Source: Podarcis tiliguerta | Taxonomy: Eukaryota | DNA length: 64,000 nt | Direction: 5' to 3' (one strand) | Assembly: GCA_965153285.1 (NCBI GenBank) | Contig: OZ229123.1 | Shown: positions 46,375 to 60,230 of the stretch, piece by piece | How the letters are laid out: every line of letters begins with the position of its first letter | Position numbering within the stretch: position 1 is the first letter of the stretch | The notes under the pieces: generated by a model | Databases searched by the model: none | What the model was told of the DNA's origin: nothing | Seen by the model: only the letters and a program-made list of their open reading frames with translations | Position numbers and translations under genes: made by a program

Positions 46375-49300
46375 CTATACCACCTATCAAAGCAGTTTAC
46401 AATCAAATGAACATTTAACAATAAAATATTTAAATATTTAAAGCCCTTAATATATTTGTATTTATTTATTATCTGTTAAATTTGTTAGTCACTTTATCTT
46501 GCCCAAACCAACTTACAACCAAGCATATCCAAATGCTTTAAAAAAATACACAAACCCAGCATGACAGAATAGCCTGCTTGTAATTAATACAACTCAGTAC
46601 CCAGGATCCTAAATTAACCCCCAAAGCCCAAAGTAAATAAATAAGTCTGTAGATAAGCATAGATGTGCATAGGGGCTAAAATAAAAACAAAAACATGTCC
46701 ATTAACTTTTTTTTAACGCAGAAAATGTGTAGTTGTCATCAATGATAAACATTTCTAATAGGCAAGAAACTGCGATATTTGGGTAAACTTGCTCTACTCA
46801 GAAATGTAAGGGATTGATGCGGGCATATCACCCACCTTCCTTAGTGATGGCAGTTCCACAGGAAGAATCTCACTCCTTTTTCATCACCAGAAAAAAACAC
46901 ACCTTCCTGCTCTGTTATTATTCCCATCAGCTCCTGTTTCCTTTTCGTTTCCACTCAGTTGTTCTACCTTGCAATTTCCTGCATTTCCCAGCTTGTGCCA
47001 CAACTTTAGCATTAGTTAAGCTGAGTTCCCCCCCCCCCCAACTTAATTAGATATAGAGGCAATTAATGATGCCATCTGTCTTGTTGTGAGAGAGAGAGAT
47101 TACACCAAAGATTGTGCTTCTGGAAGCATTATTTTTTTGGCAAACTAGAAATCCTATTAGACTTGTTCGAACACTCTCACACTAATTTCCCAGTTCCCAT
47201 TTTAGATCAGTAGCTCAAAGGCTCAAATAAATTCTCTGGAACTTACTGTACACTTAGGCATCCTTCCGGAGTTGTACTTTACAGAAAATAACCAATGATC
47301 TATGCTTGTTTTGCTAAATCTAAAAATTAAATATATCATTAAACATCTGTTGCCAGTACAGTCAAAGAGTAGTTAAATATCTTAAAATCACCAAAAAACC
47401 CTGTCATAGTGATATGAATCTTTTGCATAAACGCAGCTGTTTAGGCAACAGAAAGTGGCCAGATTTTTACTGGGTGCTCACAACTTTGAAATAAGAAAAA
47501 AAAAAGGGTACCTGACATTTGGGCATAGGTGGCAAATACCTGCATCTGTCTGGCTTGATTGTGCAAGCAATTGCTTGGGGAGGCAATATTATTAGGTACC
47601 ACCAGTGAAGCAGCCATTGGCTGAATTCAGGAGGGCCCCCAGGCATTTATGTGTCTCCTTAGCCAGTGAAGAGTAAAGGAGGTGAGCAGACTGAGAGGTC
47701 ACCCCAGAGTCCAGGTGGCTCATGCAAGCAAGCCAAGCCACATGGAAAATAATCTTTACAACCTTCACCACCCAATGCCCAGTGGCATACAGGCAGCTTC
47801 ATTATTTCCTGCAGCAATGCTGCCTAGGAACTGCTTCCTTTGACCTTCTTGGTGGGCTGCAGCAACTGCCCTACCCTGCCATCCTCAGGAGCTGGTCAAG
47901 AACCAGCCATATGAGGCTTGAAAGCTGCACCATCAGTTCAGGTGCAAGAGACCCTGGGCTTTGTATATCAGGTGCAAAGCAGCTGCTTAGGGTCTCACAA
48001 TGTCTTGAAATGGCCCTGATTTGCAAATGGAGTGGTTAGAAAGAGAACAGAAGCCAATGAAAAAGACCCTAGTGACATCATGGAAATTTGGATCAAGTGG
48101 AATTGAAGGGTTTTTAGTACACCAGTTGCAAAGTTGCTGAAATAAGACACACACACAACCTTACTTTTTTTGCCTGGTTTCCACATTACTTTGAGCAGTG
48201 TGCTGTTGCTTGCCTGCCCCCAAACCACTTAGAATAGGATGTTCCACTTGGCTGGGATGAATCTACTCAAGGGTGTCTAGAAATTGGGACTGTATTCCAC
48301 ATGAATTGACCCTTGGCCCAAACTGAATGTGTGCACAGTAAAGTAGTTGTATGTCTGGGTTCGATGAGAGGTCAGGTTTCTGGGCCATAGTTTGCTGATT
48401 GTCAGCAATCTGCAGGTAGTAGCACATTCCCGGGTCAAGTTCTAGAAACATTGGGCAAAGGTCAGAAGGCATGTACATTCCCAAAGGTTCCAAGTGAAAG
48501 CAAGATGATCCAAAGCAAGTCTTGTCCAAAAACATACAGAGGCAAACTCTTCTTCTCCAGTATGATGTGTTGATTAGAAGGCTGGGGCTTTGTAGGGCCT
48601 GATGGACAGGAATTGGTTCTTGGGGCCTAGATGTCACTTCTGCAGTACAGAGCTTAGCCTGTGAGGCTTTTGGTGAAACAAAACACAGGCAATGTAGGAG
48701 GAAAGGCATTAGAGCCTGACTGATCAGACCCAGCCATCACCTGTCATGGGTTGGCTGAGACAGGATAAGGAGGACAGCCCATGACACCACCTGACAGGAG
48801 TGATTCTGATATACTATGCAGTTGGTGCTGAAACATACTATGGGGGGCATGTGAAAAGGCAATCAGGTCTCTTGGTGGCTTCATCTTATAGCCTTTAGGT
48901 TCCAAACACGTCCCAATCTCATAGTCAATCTTGTTGCTGCTTCTATGTAAATTGAGGCCTATGGGTTGTATTCAATGTTAGTTCTACTCAGAGTACCATA
49001 GTAATTTTAGTGTGCCTACTCTGAGTAGGACTTGGAGGGCGACATCCATATGTTTGCAGGAACCAAGCCATGTGTGTCTGGGTCTTCTGATAAGCTACGT
49101 ATGCCCCAGTAGTCTCCGAAGAGCAACAGAACCTGTTCACCTTCAGCATCGTTCAGTGATGGACCATATTCCAAGCATACATTTAATATCCATTTTACAC
49201 AAGGGACCACACCATAGGCACTGGGCATTTCCTGAGGATTAACTGACCAGCTGGAAGAGTTATTATGGCCTAGATCAATGTGTTGTGTGTTCTCCTCTCC

Positions 49301-49659
49301 AGCAGTTAAAATCCTTTCTATTGATTTGTTAGAGCCCAAGGCTTATGTTGTTCATACATCAGGTAGAGAGCTGACTGGTTAATTTTCTTAGGTTTTGAGG
49401 AGAATTCCACTGTTGCAAAATTCATATTCAGATATACAATGTGTCTTGTCTCAAATGCTTGTCCTTGAGAAATTCCTCAAATACTGATGATAAAATATTC
49501 TGGAATTTAGCCTCTAGGCAGGAATAGCACACCTACTTTGCAGTGGATGCCCAGGCGGGAACGTGTGAAAGTAAGAGAACCCGCTTTGCTGCCAGTTTCT
49601 TCCTGCTGGACTGAGTGGGTATCCAGATTTCAAAAGGGAAGGAGATTATGGGCAGGTTA

Positions 49660-50630
49660 CAAAACAATAGTGGCACTTCACTTGAAATACAGTGCAGAAA
49701 ACATGTTGCTGCTTGATTGCTGTGGTCACATTGATAGCCTTTCGATTAAACTGCTGTAATGTGCTGTACGCGGAGCTACCCTTATGCCTGGTTCAGAAAC
49801 TGCAGCTAGTACAAAATGCTGTTACTAGGTTGATTAGTGGGACACCCACCTGTACATATATTGCACTGATGTTGAAAGATCTGCACTAGCTGTCAGCTGC
49901 TGAGCCAAGTTCAAGGTTTTGTTGTTTACATTTAAAGGCCTAAACTAGGGATGCGGAACCTCAGACCTGAGGGCCAAATCCTGCCTTCCAGGTCTCACCA
50001 TCTCGCCTTTGAGATTCTCCCCAGGCCACATGCATCACTGAAGGATAGGGAGGGGGGTGTGGAAGTGTCCGTAGGAACCAGCCTAGTACACAAAGGTAAA
50101 ATGCATATTCATTGCTCTTCCCACTTTTGCCTCTGACCCTGCCCTGGTATGCAGACCTTGGGAGGTTCCCTAGAAGAGAATGTGGCCCCCAGGCTGCAAA
50201 AAGGTTCCCCAGAAACAACTGGGGACCGGGATAACTAGCAGCCTCTCCCCCACCCCACAACCCCAATACAGACCAAACCCACCTTTTAGATCTCCCCTGG
50301 AGACCCTGTTGGTTTATAGCATGGCCAGTGGATTATCACTTTGTGATAATATGGAAGTGCGCCTTCCTATTGACAGCACCCACCCTCTGCAGTGCCCTCC
50401 CTCGGGGAATTTGTGAGGAAGGGACAGCAGTGACCTCGAAGCGCCTCTTTTTAAAAATGTACTTCTCCAAGCTTTCCTGGACTCTTGATTCTTAATTGTT
50501 ATTTTTTTGTTTTTGTTTGTACAGTTCTTGGTTTTGTTTGTAAGGCACACCTTTGCTTTGCTTTCATCTCATTTTTAGGAAATTTTATTGAACATCATGA
50601 TATTTTAGAGCAAACTGCTTATAAATGTTC
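49660..50630 (+). mobile_element. Old L2 fragment interrupted by a hAT-type element (~49946-50211)
   Basis: RLNCCNVLYAELPLCLVQKLQLVQNAVTRLI..LKDLH, then FKGLN, split by a tagggatgcggaacc...ggttcccca insert; the L2 resumes at aacaactggggaccggga. Confidence 0.7.
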
Positions 50631-53236
50631 ATTGAAGTGCTATGATTTTCTTTCAGTAAATGGAAAGGCAATTCGTCCCTTGTTTGTTTGGTGGTCATGG
50701 CAAGGAAAAGCTAGTCTGCAGAAAGCCAAAGGTGGCTTTGAGAAAATGCATAGGAAAACGTCTTATTGAAAGAAAACACTTTATTGGTCTGCTGGGTCAA
50801 TATGGGCAAAAATAAAGAGGAGCCTGAGAGCTCTTGATTGGCATGTGGCGGTTCCCCTCCCTTCCGGGACTTTTCCTTTCATTCCAGTAGGGGGAGCCAC
50901 GCCCTATGCATCTGTCCCTTCTGCACACAGGATGCTGACCCCTCCATTGTAGTGAATGGGAGAGCCCTTGTGTATTGGAGCTCTGTGAGCTCCCTGGTGC
51001 GCATGTGAGCCTCTCTCTATCCAGTTTCGTGTGCTTACAGCTCTTTTATTTATGCCTTGTGCTTTAAGCTGATTTCCCAAACAAATTATCTATGATTATT
51101 TAGCTGAGAGAAAAAATGGCTATCCACGAAGTTTAATCTGCACTAAGTTAATAATACCTATTTGAATCTGTTATTCCATTGATTAAAAGCTGGGAGGGGA
51201 AATGCCTTTTAACTGGTTTAGCAAACGGTCCTAGAAATTACCCAAATAACCTATTGACTGGGATAATGTAATCAACTCAGAGGAGCTGGTGAATATGCAG
51301 CTCTCCCCCCCCCTTCCCTGCCCATAGCACATCATTGTAATGATTGAAGGTACTCAAAAGTTTTGAGGCACTGAACAAAACCGACCCTAAAGCAAAAGCA
51401 AGCAAATCAAAATCTTAAGTGAAAGCAGCCCAGAAAACAGAACGGAGGCCTTGTTACGAGGGAGGCAAGTGCCCTTTAACTGCTGTTTTTGCTTGCTTGT
51501 CAAGATCTATATTCTCGAGTCCTGGTTTTATAAGCACTTTGTTTTTTCACAAGTGCTATAAAGGCAGAAGCAGGGTCTACTGAGAGACAAATGGCGTAAT
51601 GGAAGTTATTGTTGAAAACAGAACATTTTGTAAAACATATAAACCATTATATACATATCTCCAGTGGGATGTAGCCTATGTCAAAGGAATGCCTCAAAAT
51701 ATCATAGGTGACTTTAATTATGTAATTGGAAGGGGGATGTAATAGAAAGGTCCAGACACTTTGTGGTTTAGCAACACAGAGCAATTCCTGCTGGAGCTTT
51801 CCCTGTAGTTTCCAATCTAACCCACAGAGAACTCTATTGGATGATGAGTTTTCAAGCCAATTAAGGGCAGCAGGCACAATCCTGCAGGAACCGCTCCTGT
51901 GCAGATGCCTTCCCTTCAGCAGAGTTTGCACTGGGGCACAGCAGTGGTTCAGCAATGTGCTCTGGAATGAAAAGGTTTTCAAGAAAATATCGTTAAAATT
52001 CAGGTATTGAATTAACAAACTGAGTTAAGTGCCAGGATCCCAGGAGCACAGAGAAAGAGAAGGATGTGACAAGTGAGCACAGGATTTAGCTTCCCAAGAG
52101 TATCGGCTTTTGGTTTTGGGTTATTCTTGTTTTTAATGTAACACGTTTCCAGGACACGTTTGGAAGTGTGTGAACGATGCTTGCTAAAATAGCCCATGTC
52201 TAAGGAGCAGCTGAGTCAGATTTCCAACATTTGTAGGTCAGGCTTCTGTGTTTGGCACTGCACCTCCCCATGATGAGTAAATTTGAATCAAATTATGCAA
52301 AACAAAATATGTGAGTTTGCTCAAGCAGAAAAATCAGGTGTTTCTGGTGCAGAATTTGTATTTTCTGAATGCAGAATTTTAGCATGGTGCAAAAAACAAA
52401 ACAAAAAAACCAACCCTCTGAAGGTCCCTCCAGATGTCCTTTCCATTGTGCATTCATGATTATTTGTGCTTATGATGCTATTGGGACAGTTATAAGCAAT
52501 CCTCATTTCAATGGTATTTGTGCTTGCAAAAGTTATGGGGTCATCATACTGCTTCTTTTCCAAACAGTTAATGTCCTGTAACTTCCTGCTGAAACACCAC
52601 CAAAGTTCTGGTTGTGTTTTATTGTTGTTTGTTGTCCTACTGCTGTTGTGCTATATATAGTCCCTCCAAACAGAAATAATGTGGTAGCGTTTGGGAAGCA
52701 ATACAAAGCAACTAATAAAGCAGAATAAGTACACCACTGATGCAATACCATGGTGTCAAGAATATGGTAAAGAATACACCTGTAATAAAACACCAGTCTG
52801 GAGAGACACTGGAATTCTAGGCAGAACATGTGCAACCAACCTAGCAAAAAGCATTCTGGATTTCAGCAAGGCAGCCAGAATTTCTGGAATGCATCGTGGG
52901 GTTGTTGGAGCCACTGTAGTCACCCTCAGTTCTGCTCCTTGCTTGTTTTGGAGTAGCATTAACTCGTTCCAGATGCCACCTGGACAGTGTTTAGTCTTCA
53001 AATGAGGAAATCTGAATTGCAACCTTTCAGAAACAACTGCCAAGACGTCTAGCTTCACTGTCCTGTAGAATAGCTGCATTGATCTCCCATGTTGGAAAGT
53101 TATGAATTGCAGAGCCTGGAGATAGAACTCTATAAACACCTCGTTGAACATGAGAGGAAAAGAGTGAGCCCATATGGCTGCTGTGAAATGAAACCAAGTC
53201 ATTTTTCCTCCGCCATCCCCCCCCCCCTCGATCTCA

Positions 53237-53497
53237 GAATTCTTTGAACATTGCCCTAGAAAATTGGAAAAGGGAGAAGTAGCTGATGTAATTTATTTGA
53301 ACTTTCAAGCTGCCTTTAACTAAGTCCCTCACAAGGAAACGAAAGGAGTCACCGGGTGAAGGATGGAGCACTTCAGAGACAGGGAAATGGCTGAGTGTAG
53401 ACAGCAAAGAGGGAGGCTGCACAGTCAATTTTCGACATAACACGATCCAAAGCGCCGCCTTCTCAAAGGCTACGTTCTGGGACTGACACTATTAATA
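53237..53497 (+). mobile_element. Ancient CR1 reverse-transcriptase fragment
   Basis: Translates EFFEHCPRKLEKGEVADVIYLNFQAAFN*VPHK (cf. CR1 VDVIYLDFxKAFDKVPH); later remnants resemble WL..RQQRV..QFS and QGSVLG. Confidence 0.7.
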
Positions 53498-54831
53498 AGT
53501 GTCTCAGTGGAAAAGGAGGCAAATGGTCACTTGGCTGCAGTCCTCCGCCCCGATAAAAAATAAATTTGAAAATCACACTTGCCTGGCCCTTCTTCATGTG
53601 TGAAAGTCAACCTGTGTAGACTCCATGGGCTTCTTCTGCATATTGGGCTGGCCTTGTGAATGGTTCCAGTGCGTGGCCAGATAAGCTCACCTGTTAATGT
53701 TTTCCCAGAAGTAAGGGTTTGGGGGTTGTTTTTTAAGGGAGTTGGCCTTTTCACCCAAATCTATTATTTGTTTTTATTTCATATATCTCCTTTTTTACCC
53801 TGCCTTTTCAGGGTACATATACTCTCACAAGGCAGCTTGCATGAGCCTATCAAAACAGGGGAAGACAGCTTAGAAATTGCAAGAGAATAATGAGGAATTG
53901 CGATGGAGCAGTAGAAGCCTGTCAAGAAGAGAACCGTATGCACGGTCAAATATTTGCTTTCTAATTTTGCAGTCACACTTCCTGCCACTGAAGAGTCAAC
54001 CTCCTTTTCCACCTGCATCCCAGTTTGCCTCTTCGGCACTGGAAATACTGCAATGAAATTCAGAAGCAAATCTCCACTTGCATACTGTACATCCATACCT
54101 TTTGGATGCTGGCCCCAGCCTCTTTAGTGAACCATGCGTCTTCATCTGCGGTGTTTCAAAGCAATTTTTTCAACCTCCTCCGTACTGTCGGTTTTTGGCT
54201 GCTACATGCTTTTTAAATCGGAGGGATTCTACCTATTACCACTAGATGGCAATCAAATAAGATAACAGTCTTCAATCCTGGCTAAAATATTCAGTCCCGT
54301 GGTGAATTTTAACCATAATAAAGAAGAGAGCTCTCTTCTGAGAAACCCGACTTGCATTAATATTTTACTAATTGGCATTTTTACAGTGTCATCCAGCCAC
54401 TTCTTAAAAAAAAAAAAAAAAGGCAGGTGTACTCTGTATAATAATGTAGAAGTCAATATTGGAGGCAGAAAGAAACAATTAAACCGAGGGAAGAAAAGCG
54501 ATAATTTAGTAACTGTTTAAGAATTTATGCTTCCTTGCCCTTCTCACGTTTTAAAGCTGAAACATTTTTATGGCAGCTGTAAAGAATGACACCATAACTG
54601 TGACTTTATTCACTCACCATGCTTTCATTTTGCGGTCTCCACACTCCACACCCGATGGCTTGGGTTTTGGTTTTGCTGAGAACCTGAGATCCTGCCCACC
54701 ACCATGTCCCATATTAAATAACCCCATGTGGGAATTTCAAAGTAGCCAGTCACACCCTCATTGATTGCATACCCAAATCCCACAAGGAAGGCTGGAGAAG
54801 TAGGAGGAAGGAGGGCTGGAGGAGCATGGCT

Positions 54832-55016
54832 GGGAAGAGCAGTAGCTCAGTGGCTGAACATCTGCCTTGCATGCAGATGCTCCCAAGTTCAGTCCCCAGC
54901 AACATCTCCCTGCAAGCCTGGGAGATACTCCTGCCTGAAACCCTGGACAGCTGCAAACCATACTGAGCTTGGTAGACCATTGGTCTCACTCTGTATAAGG
55001 CAGCTTCCTATGGTTC
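54832..55016 (+). mobile_element. tRNA-Ala-like SINE with CR1-type tail (copy 2)
   Basis: gtagctcagtgg..catctgccttgcatgcagatgctcccaagttcagtcccc; tail gaccattggtctcactctgtataaggcagcttcctatg. Confidence 0.85.
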
Positions 55017-56434
55017 TTATCTTATAAACAGCCATGGCTGACTAGCAGAAGCATCCCAAGCAACTGCAACAAAATTAATCGGGCTCTAGTGGTGCAGGAC
55101 ACACACTGCCTAGGTCCCTTGCAGTAGTGCAGAGGTCCTGCCCACTTCTCAGGACAAGCAGGGCAGCCCCTTTTTGTGGCAAAATGTCTCAACAGGCTCT
55201 GGCCTCTATGGGAGTTGAAAACATCTGGAGGTGGCTAGCAAATGTTTGCTTCACACCATTATCATTTATTGATTTAGCAGTTCCTTTGGGACTGCTCACT
55301 AGATAAAAGGAGAAACATATTGCTTGCCAAAGCAGAGAGTTTGTCAAAGGTACACAGTGAGCAGGGAAAGGCAAGCTGGTGGTCATAGGCTATAAGAGAA
55401 CAGCGTAATAAGTGGTTGCCTTGGGAAGGCTTTGCAGTTTTAAGGAAGGAGCTGGCTCCTAGAAGAAGGACTAGAAGCAGAATGGATGGTGTGAGGAAGG
55501 GAAGTAGGTGGTGCCGAGGATATAATTGCGGCCCAAAGAGTCTTCAACATAAACATATTGGAGCCTGGAGTTCATAGCGGGTGTGATGGATGCCAGCACA
55601 GAGACTTAAGGAGAAGAGTGATGGGGTCTTAGCGATGGGAGAGAAATATTATTTTAGCAGAAGCACTCTGCTCAAGGCATTCCAAGATCAATATCTAGCT
55701 CCCCTCTTTGCAGGATTTCCACCCCTGCCCCCAGGAAATGAAAATATCTCCATTAACCAAGAGGCTAATAGGATTCCATTCACATCTGTTTGCCTACCTT
55801 TGCAGATCTCATAACATAAGCACACCACTACCTGTATGTTGAACTAATGAAAACAATTCGGTTTTGTGAACAACAAAGTGAGCACTGAGCAGCAAGGCAC
55901 TGCGGCTGTTAGCAGTTTGGGATAATTGTGCAAGCCTGAAGCTCATAGATACAGGTTTGGTTGGGAGGGTCTACCCACCCAGCAGCAAAGAGAAGTCATG
56001 GGCTTGCTGACTTAGCATAATGGGACCCCATCTGCTATGCTGGACCTCTACTTTGAGATGAGATGTCAACCACTAGCAGCTGAGACTGGCGCTCTGCTAC
56101 CTTTGCTACTTCTCACTATGCAGGTGAGGGGACTGTTCCATTTATATCCATGATCTCTGTAAAAGCTCATGGTGGCAGCAGGGCTGACCTTCATTAAAAT
56201 CTTAAAATCTGCAATATGTGCAAACTAAATGGATTTGGCCCTGTTTCTGCTCAGTTGGCATAGTTTATTGTGCTTCTGCTAGAGATGTAAGAATTGCTTT
56301 TCCTGGATTGGATCAGAGGCCAGCTGGATTACCGTAACCAGAAAGTGAGGTGTGATTCAGGCAAAGGTATACATAATTGCTGTAATTCCCTGCAATGATC
56401 AGAAGCTGTCTCTGAACGTGGATGTTCTGTTCTT

Positions 56435-56617
56435 GGCTAGCATGGTGCAATGGTTAGTGCTGGAGACCTAGGCTCAGATCCCCAAGCATCAAGGATGCTT
56501 CCTGTGTGACCTTGGGCCTGCCCCCATTTCTCAGCCTAGCCTACCTTGGCAGGTTGTTGTGAGGATAAAAGCAGGAAATCCTTGGAGGAAAAGCAGGATA
56601 TAAATGTAATTAATAAA
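56435..56617 (+). mobile_element. MIR/CORE-like squamate SINE
   Basis: catggtgcaatggttag..gtgaccttgggc..tctcagcctagcctacct..ggttgttgtgaggataaaa..ccttggaggaaaagcaggatataaatg. Confidence 0.75.
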
Positions 56618-58759
56618 CCTGCATTTCCCAGAATTGAGCTAGTGCTTTTATTTTAGCTGAAGAGTTTATCAAAGTGAAAACATAGTCAAACAGAAAACAA
56701 CAAATCAGGACAATAGTCCCAACCCAGAGAGAGAAGCAGGGTCACAATACAGATAGTGCATTCAAAATGAACAGTCCAGACAAAACTATGCATTAAATAA
56801 GATTATCTTTCCAAAATTATAAACGAGCCAAGGGTGGTCATGGGAAGGATGTATTCTTGTTAACATAGGAAATAAACAGAAGCCACACACTGAGAAAGAG
56901 GTCACTAGATAATCTAGCTCAGTGGGTTAATTTCTCTAGAAGGGCAAAATGCCAAATCTAGCAGAATCAGTTTTGTAGACAGCAAAGGCCTGGGGAGTGC
57001 CAGTGTTGTGCAATTTCCATGTTGCAACTAATAAGAAGGCAATAAGATCCTAGACCCTGCTCTTCCCTATATATCATTAAGAGGAACAAGTTTGGGGGAA
57101 CAAACCATCTTGGAAATCTCCCCCAAATGGGCTTTAGTACTGCCATCATATCAGTCTGGTGGCAAAGAATTCCTTAAAGCTGGAATGTTTGTGGGGAAAG
57201 AAGCAAGGAATGTGGATGGGAGCCCTGCTCAGCTTCCCACTGGCTTCTGAGATTGTCCACAAATTTGAACAAAGTGGGTTGTGAACTAGGCATCACATTT
57301 TCAATGCCATGGTCGTGCACAACGCAGGGAGTGTTGGATAAGAGCAGTTCCTCCATGTCACTAAGTGCTTAGTGAGCTAAGTCATTAGAGATGCTTCATC
57401 ATGAATCATTCTGCTCGTGGGGGAGAGTAGGACACCCCACATTTCTGGCTTCCTAAGTGCAAGGGACAAAACGAAACAAAAATGCTTCCTTTCTTCACCG
57501 TTTCCATTTGTGAGTTCTAGAATCCAACTGGGCTATGGGAAGCCACAGTCCACAGGCAATGTTTCAGGCTTCATCACTTCTAGTTCTAGAACTGCATTAG
57601 AAAACTAAGGAGCATATCAAGAGGTAAAGGGTCTAGAAAACAGTGGCAAGCTTTGAAGAAAGGTAGCAGATTCACAAGGTGGGCGCTTATCCCCACACAT
57701 ACCGTTTAAAAAAGAGGCACTGATTTATGGCTTAGCTTAAAGGGGGGGGGGGGTTCCAATCAAATAAATAAACAGACCCAGGTAGCTCATCTAAGCTTCT
57801 GCAGCATGCTAAGCCAGGACTAGAGAAGGGCCTTCATTTCTCCACAGAGCAAATTTGAAGGTGTGGGCAAGGGTGGAAGTAAAGAATTATAACTGGCAAA
57901 TCTTCCTACTGAAATGTACCAAAGAATACTGGCCATCAGCATCCAATTTGCATTTTCCTCCATGCAGTGGGAAATATTTAAGTTGACAAATAGGATATTT
58001 AACCGCGCAACAGATACTTGGCAGTTCGTTATTAACAACTGTTACTGATGTGATTTATTTGCTGTTATAAAAAGGGCATTATTTTGTGAATATGATTCAG
58101 AAATTAGCTCCAGTTTAGCAAGAGGCCTTGACTGCCTGACCTCTTAATAGCCTTATAATGATGCCATTTACCATTCAGTGGCTTATTCAAGTCATTGTGT
58201 GTGAGATTTGTTCCGAAGGACTGATGTTCACAGATCAGACTGGTGTGTAGATGGCTCACGGGGAATGGGGGAGAACTCTGGGGCCACATATGTTGCCAGG
58301 GCCACCTGCACTAATAGGAGTTAGGAAAAGGCAGGTGTGGGGGGCTGCCCTTTCTTCAGTTCCCTTTGCAGGCCACCCCTAGTATTATTCCTCTACCATA
58401 TCCCCCCCCCCATCCAGGTACTCATTCTTTGCCCATATAAGTGTCATTTGAATTGTGGTGGGGTTTTTTTGGGGGGGGGGGGAGAATAGAAATTCCAGAA
58501 GATTACTTTGTCAGGAGCAGAACTTTCCAGCAAGTTGGACAGTTAAGTCAAAGTACCTGTCACTCCTTTGCCCTTACTGCCCCACACTGCTGTTCCCCCT
58601 GTTTCCTTTCCCAATATAACCCGCCTGGCCCAAAACACAGATAGATATTTCCTTAAAGAAGCTAGACTGCTTGCTAACATTCTGTCGCTGACATCTTCAC
58701 TCTGAACAGGTGGAATACTGATGGACGTTCCATGACGTAATGATAGGCAAACTATAGCC

Positions 58760-60230
58760 AGTGTTTAGCCTACTTTAGAACTCTCTGAAGAACCTTTGGA
58801 TCATGGGCCCAGTTGGAAGATGGTTCTCCAGTGCCTCTTCTAGCTTGGGTGTCTCATGTGACATCTTTGCCCATGTGGCTGCTCTGTGGCCCCCCCCCCC
58901 CACATTGATGCCTGGCATGCTCTGTGTTTGGCCCTCTACTCTTCTTTCTGTATACATTACCCCCTTGGGTAGCCTCATCACTTCTCATGGTTTTCAATGC
59001 CACCTATAAGCTCCTAGCGCTACCACTCCATCCATACCATATCATTTGCCATCCATCCAATCCCCCATCTCCAGTTACCTTTCTGATACGTCTGCTTGGG
59101 TGCATCAGCATTGTCTCAAGCTCCATGTGTCCATACAAAATTTATCCCATTTTCTCCCATTTCTCCTTGTTCCTCCTCCTTATCCATTAGCATCACCATC
59201 CACCCTGTTAATCAGGATAAAGCCTTGACTTTCTATTATCTTTCCTTGGACCCACAAATGCAATCTGTTCCCAAATCATGCCACTTCCCTCTTTACAATG
59301 TGACAAATTACAGCCTTTTGCCGTCCGTATCCTCAGCAAAATATCTGCTCCGTACCTTCTGTAGCTCTTATCTTCATGGCTACAAACTTTCTTCTCTCTA
59401 GGGTCTCCTATTGCCTCACCTACTGTGGTCTCACTCGCCTGTACCCAGCACTCTGCTGCCAGCTTTATTTGCCTCGTTTGTTGCTCTGAATATCTCACAT
59501 GGGAAAGGACTTTAGCTCAGTGGGCAGAGCTTCTGCTTTGCATGCAGAAGGTCCCAGGTTCAATCCCTGGTACCTACCGGTAGGGCTGATAATGTTCTCT
59601 GCCTGAGGCCCAGGAGAGCCGTTGTCAGTCAGTGTAGACAATAATGAGCAAGATGGACCAGTGGTCTGACTCAGTCTAAAGCAACTTCCTATGATCCTAT
59701 GGCTCTTCTCCTTGAACTCCTTCACCACTTCCAGTCCAGCCCAGTCCCAGATCCTACATAAGCTTCATGGCTTACCTTCAAAACCCTCCATCAGCTTCTT
59801 CCTGCACCCCACCTACCAAAATCTCTGTTCTTATATCTAGTCACATCCCTTCTTCCCGTGACCTTTACTTAACCAGCTGCACCACCCAAAGCTATCCAAA
59901 TGTCCCCATTCTGCTCTCTGAAATGACTCCATCCCTTCCTCCTTGCTGCTGCTGATGCCTGGAATTGCCCTCCCTCCTTCTCCTCAATGCTTACCTTTCC
60001 TAGAAATCTTTGGAGCACCCTCCTAGTAACAATATCATCATGTAACTAAGTCAAGGTACAGGCACTTGAAATCAACACATATTCTCCCCTACCTCCATTA
60101 CCTCCCATTTGTTTTTCTTCTGTGTCTGTTTTATATTCTAAGCCCCCTGCGATAGGGATCTGTCAAACCTGTTCTTTACAAAGTGCTGTGTACATAGATG
60201 GTGCTATATATAAATAAGTAAATAAATAAA
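58760..60230 (+). mobile_element. Old ~1.4-kb L2 LINE fragment (RT core to 3' tail), interrupted by a SINE
   Basis: GPLLF..YTLPLG..LITSHGFQCHLY..LSDTSAWVHQHCLKL RT motifs with frameshifts; 3' end aagtgctgtgtacatagatggtgctatata followed by an (AAAT)n tail. Confidence 0.75.
59501..59700 (+). mobile_element. tRNA-Ala-like SINE with CR1-type tail (copy 3), nested in L2
   Basis: tagctcagtgggcagagcttctgctttgcatgcagaaggtcccaggttcaatccctgg; tail agatggaccagtggtctgactcagt..gcaacttcctatg. Confidence 0.87.
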
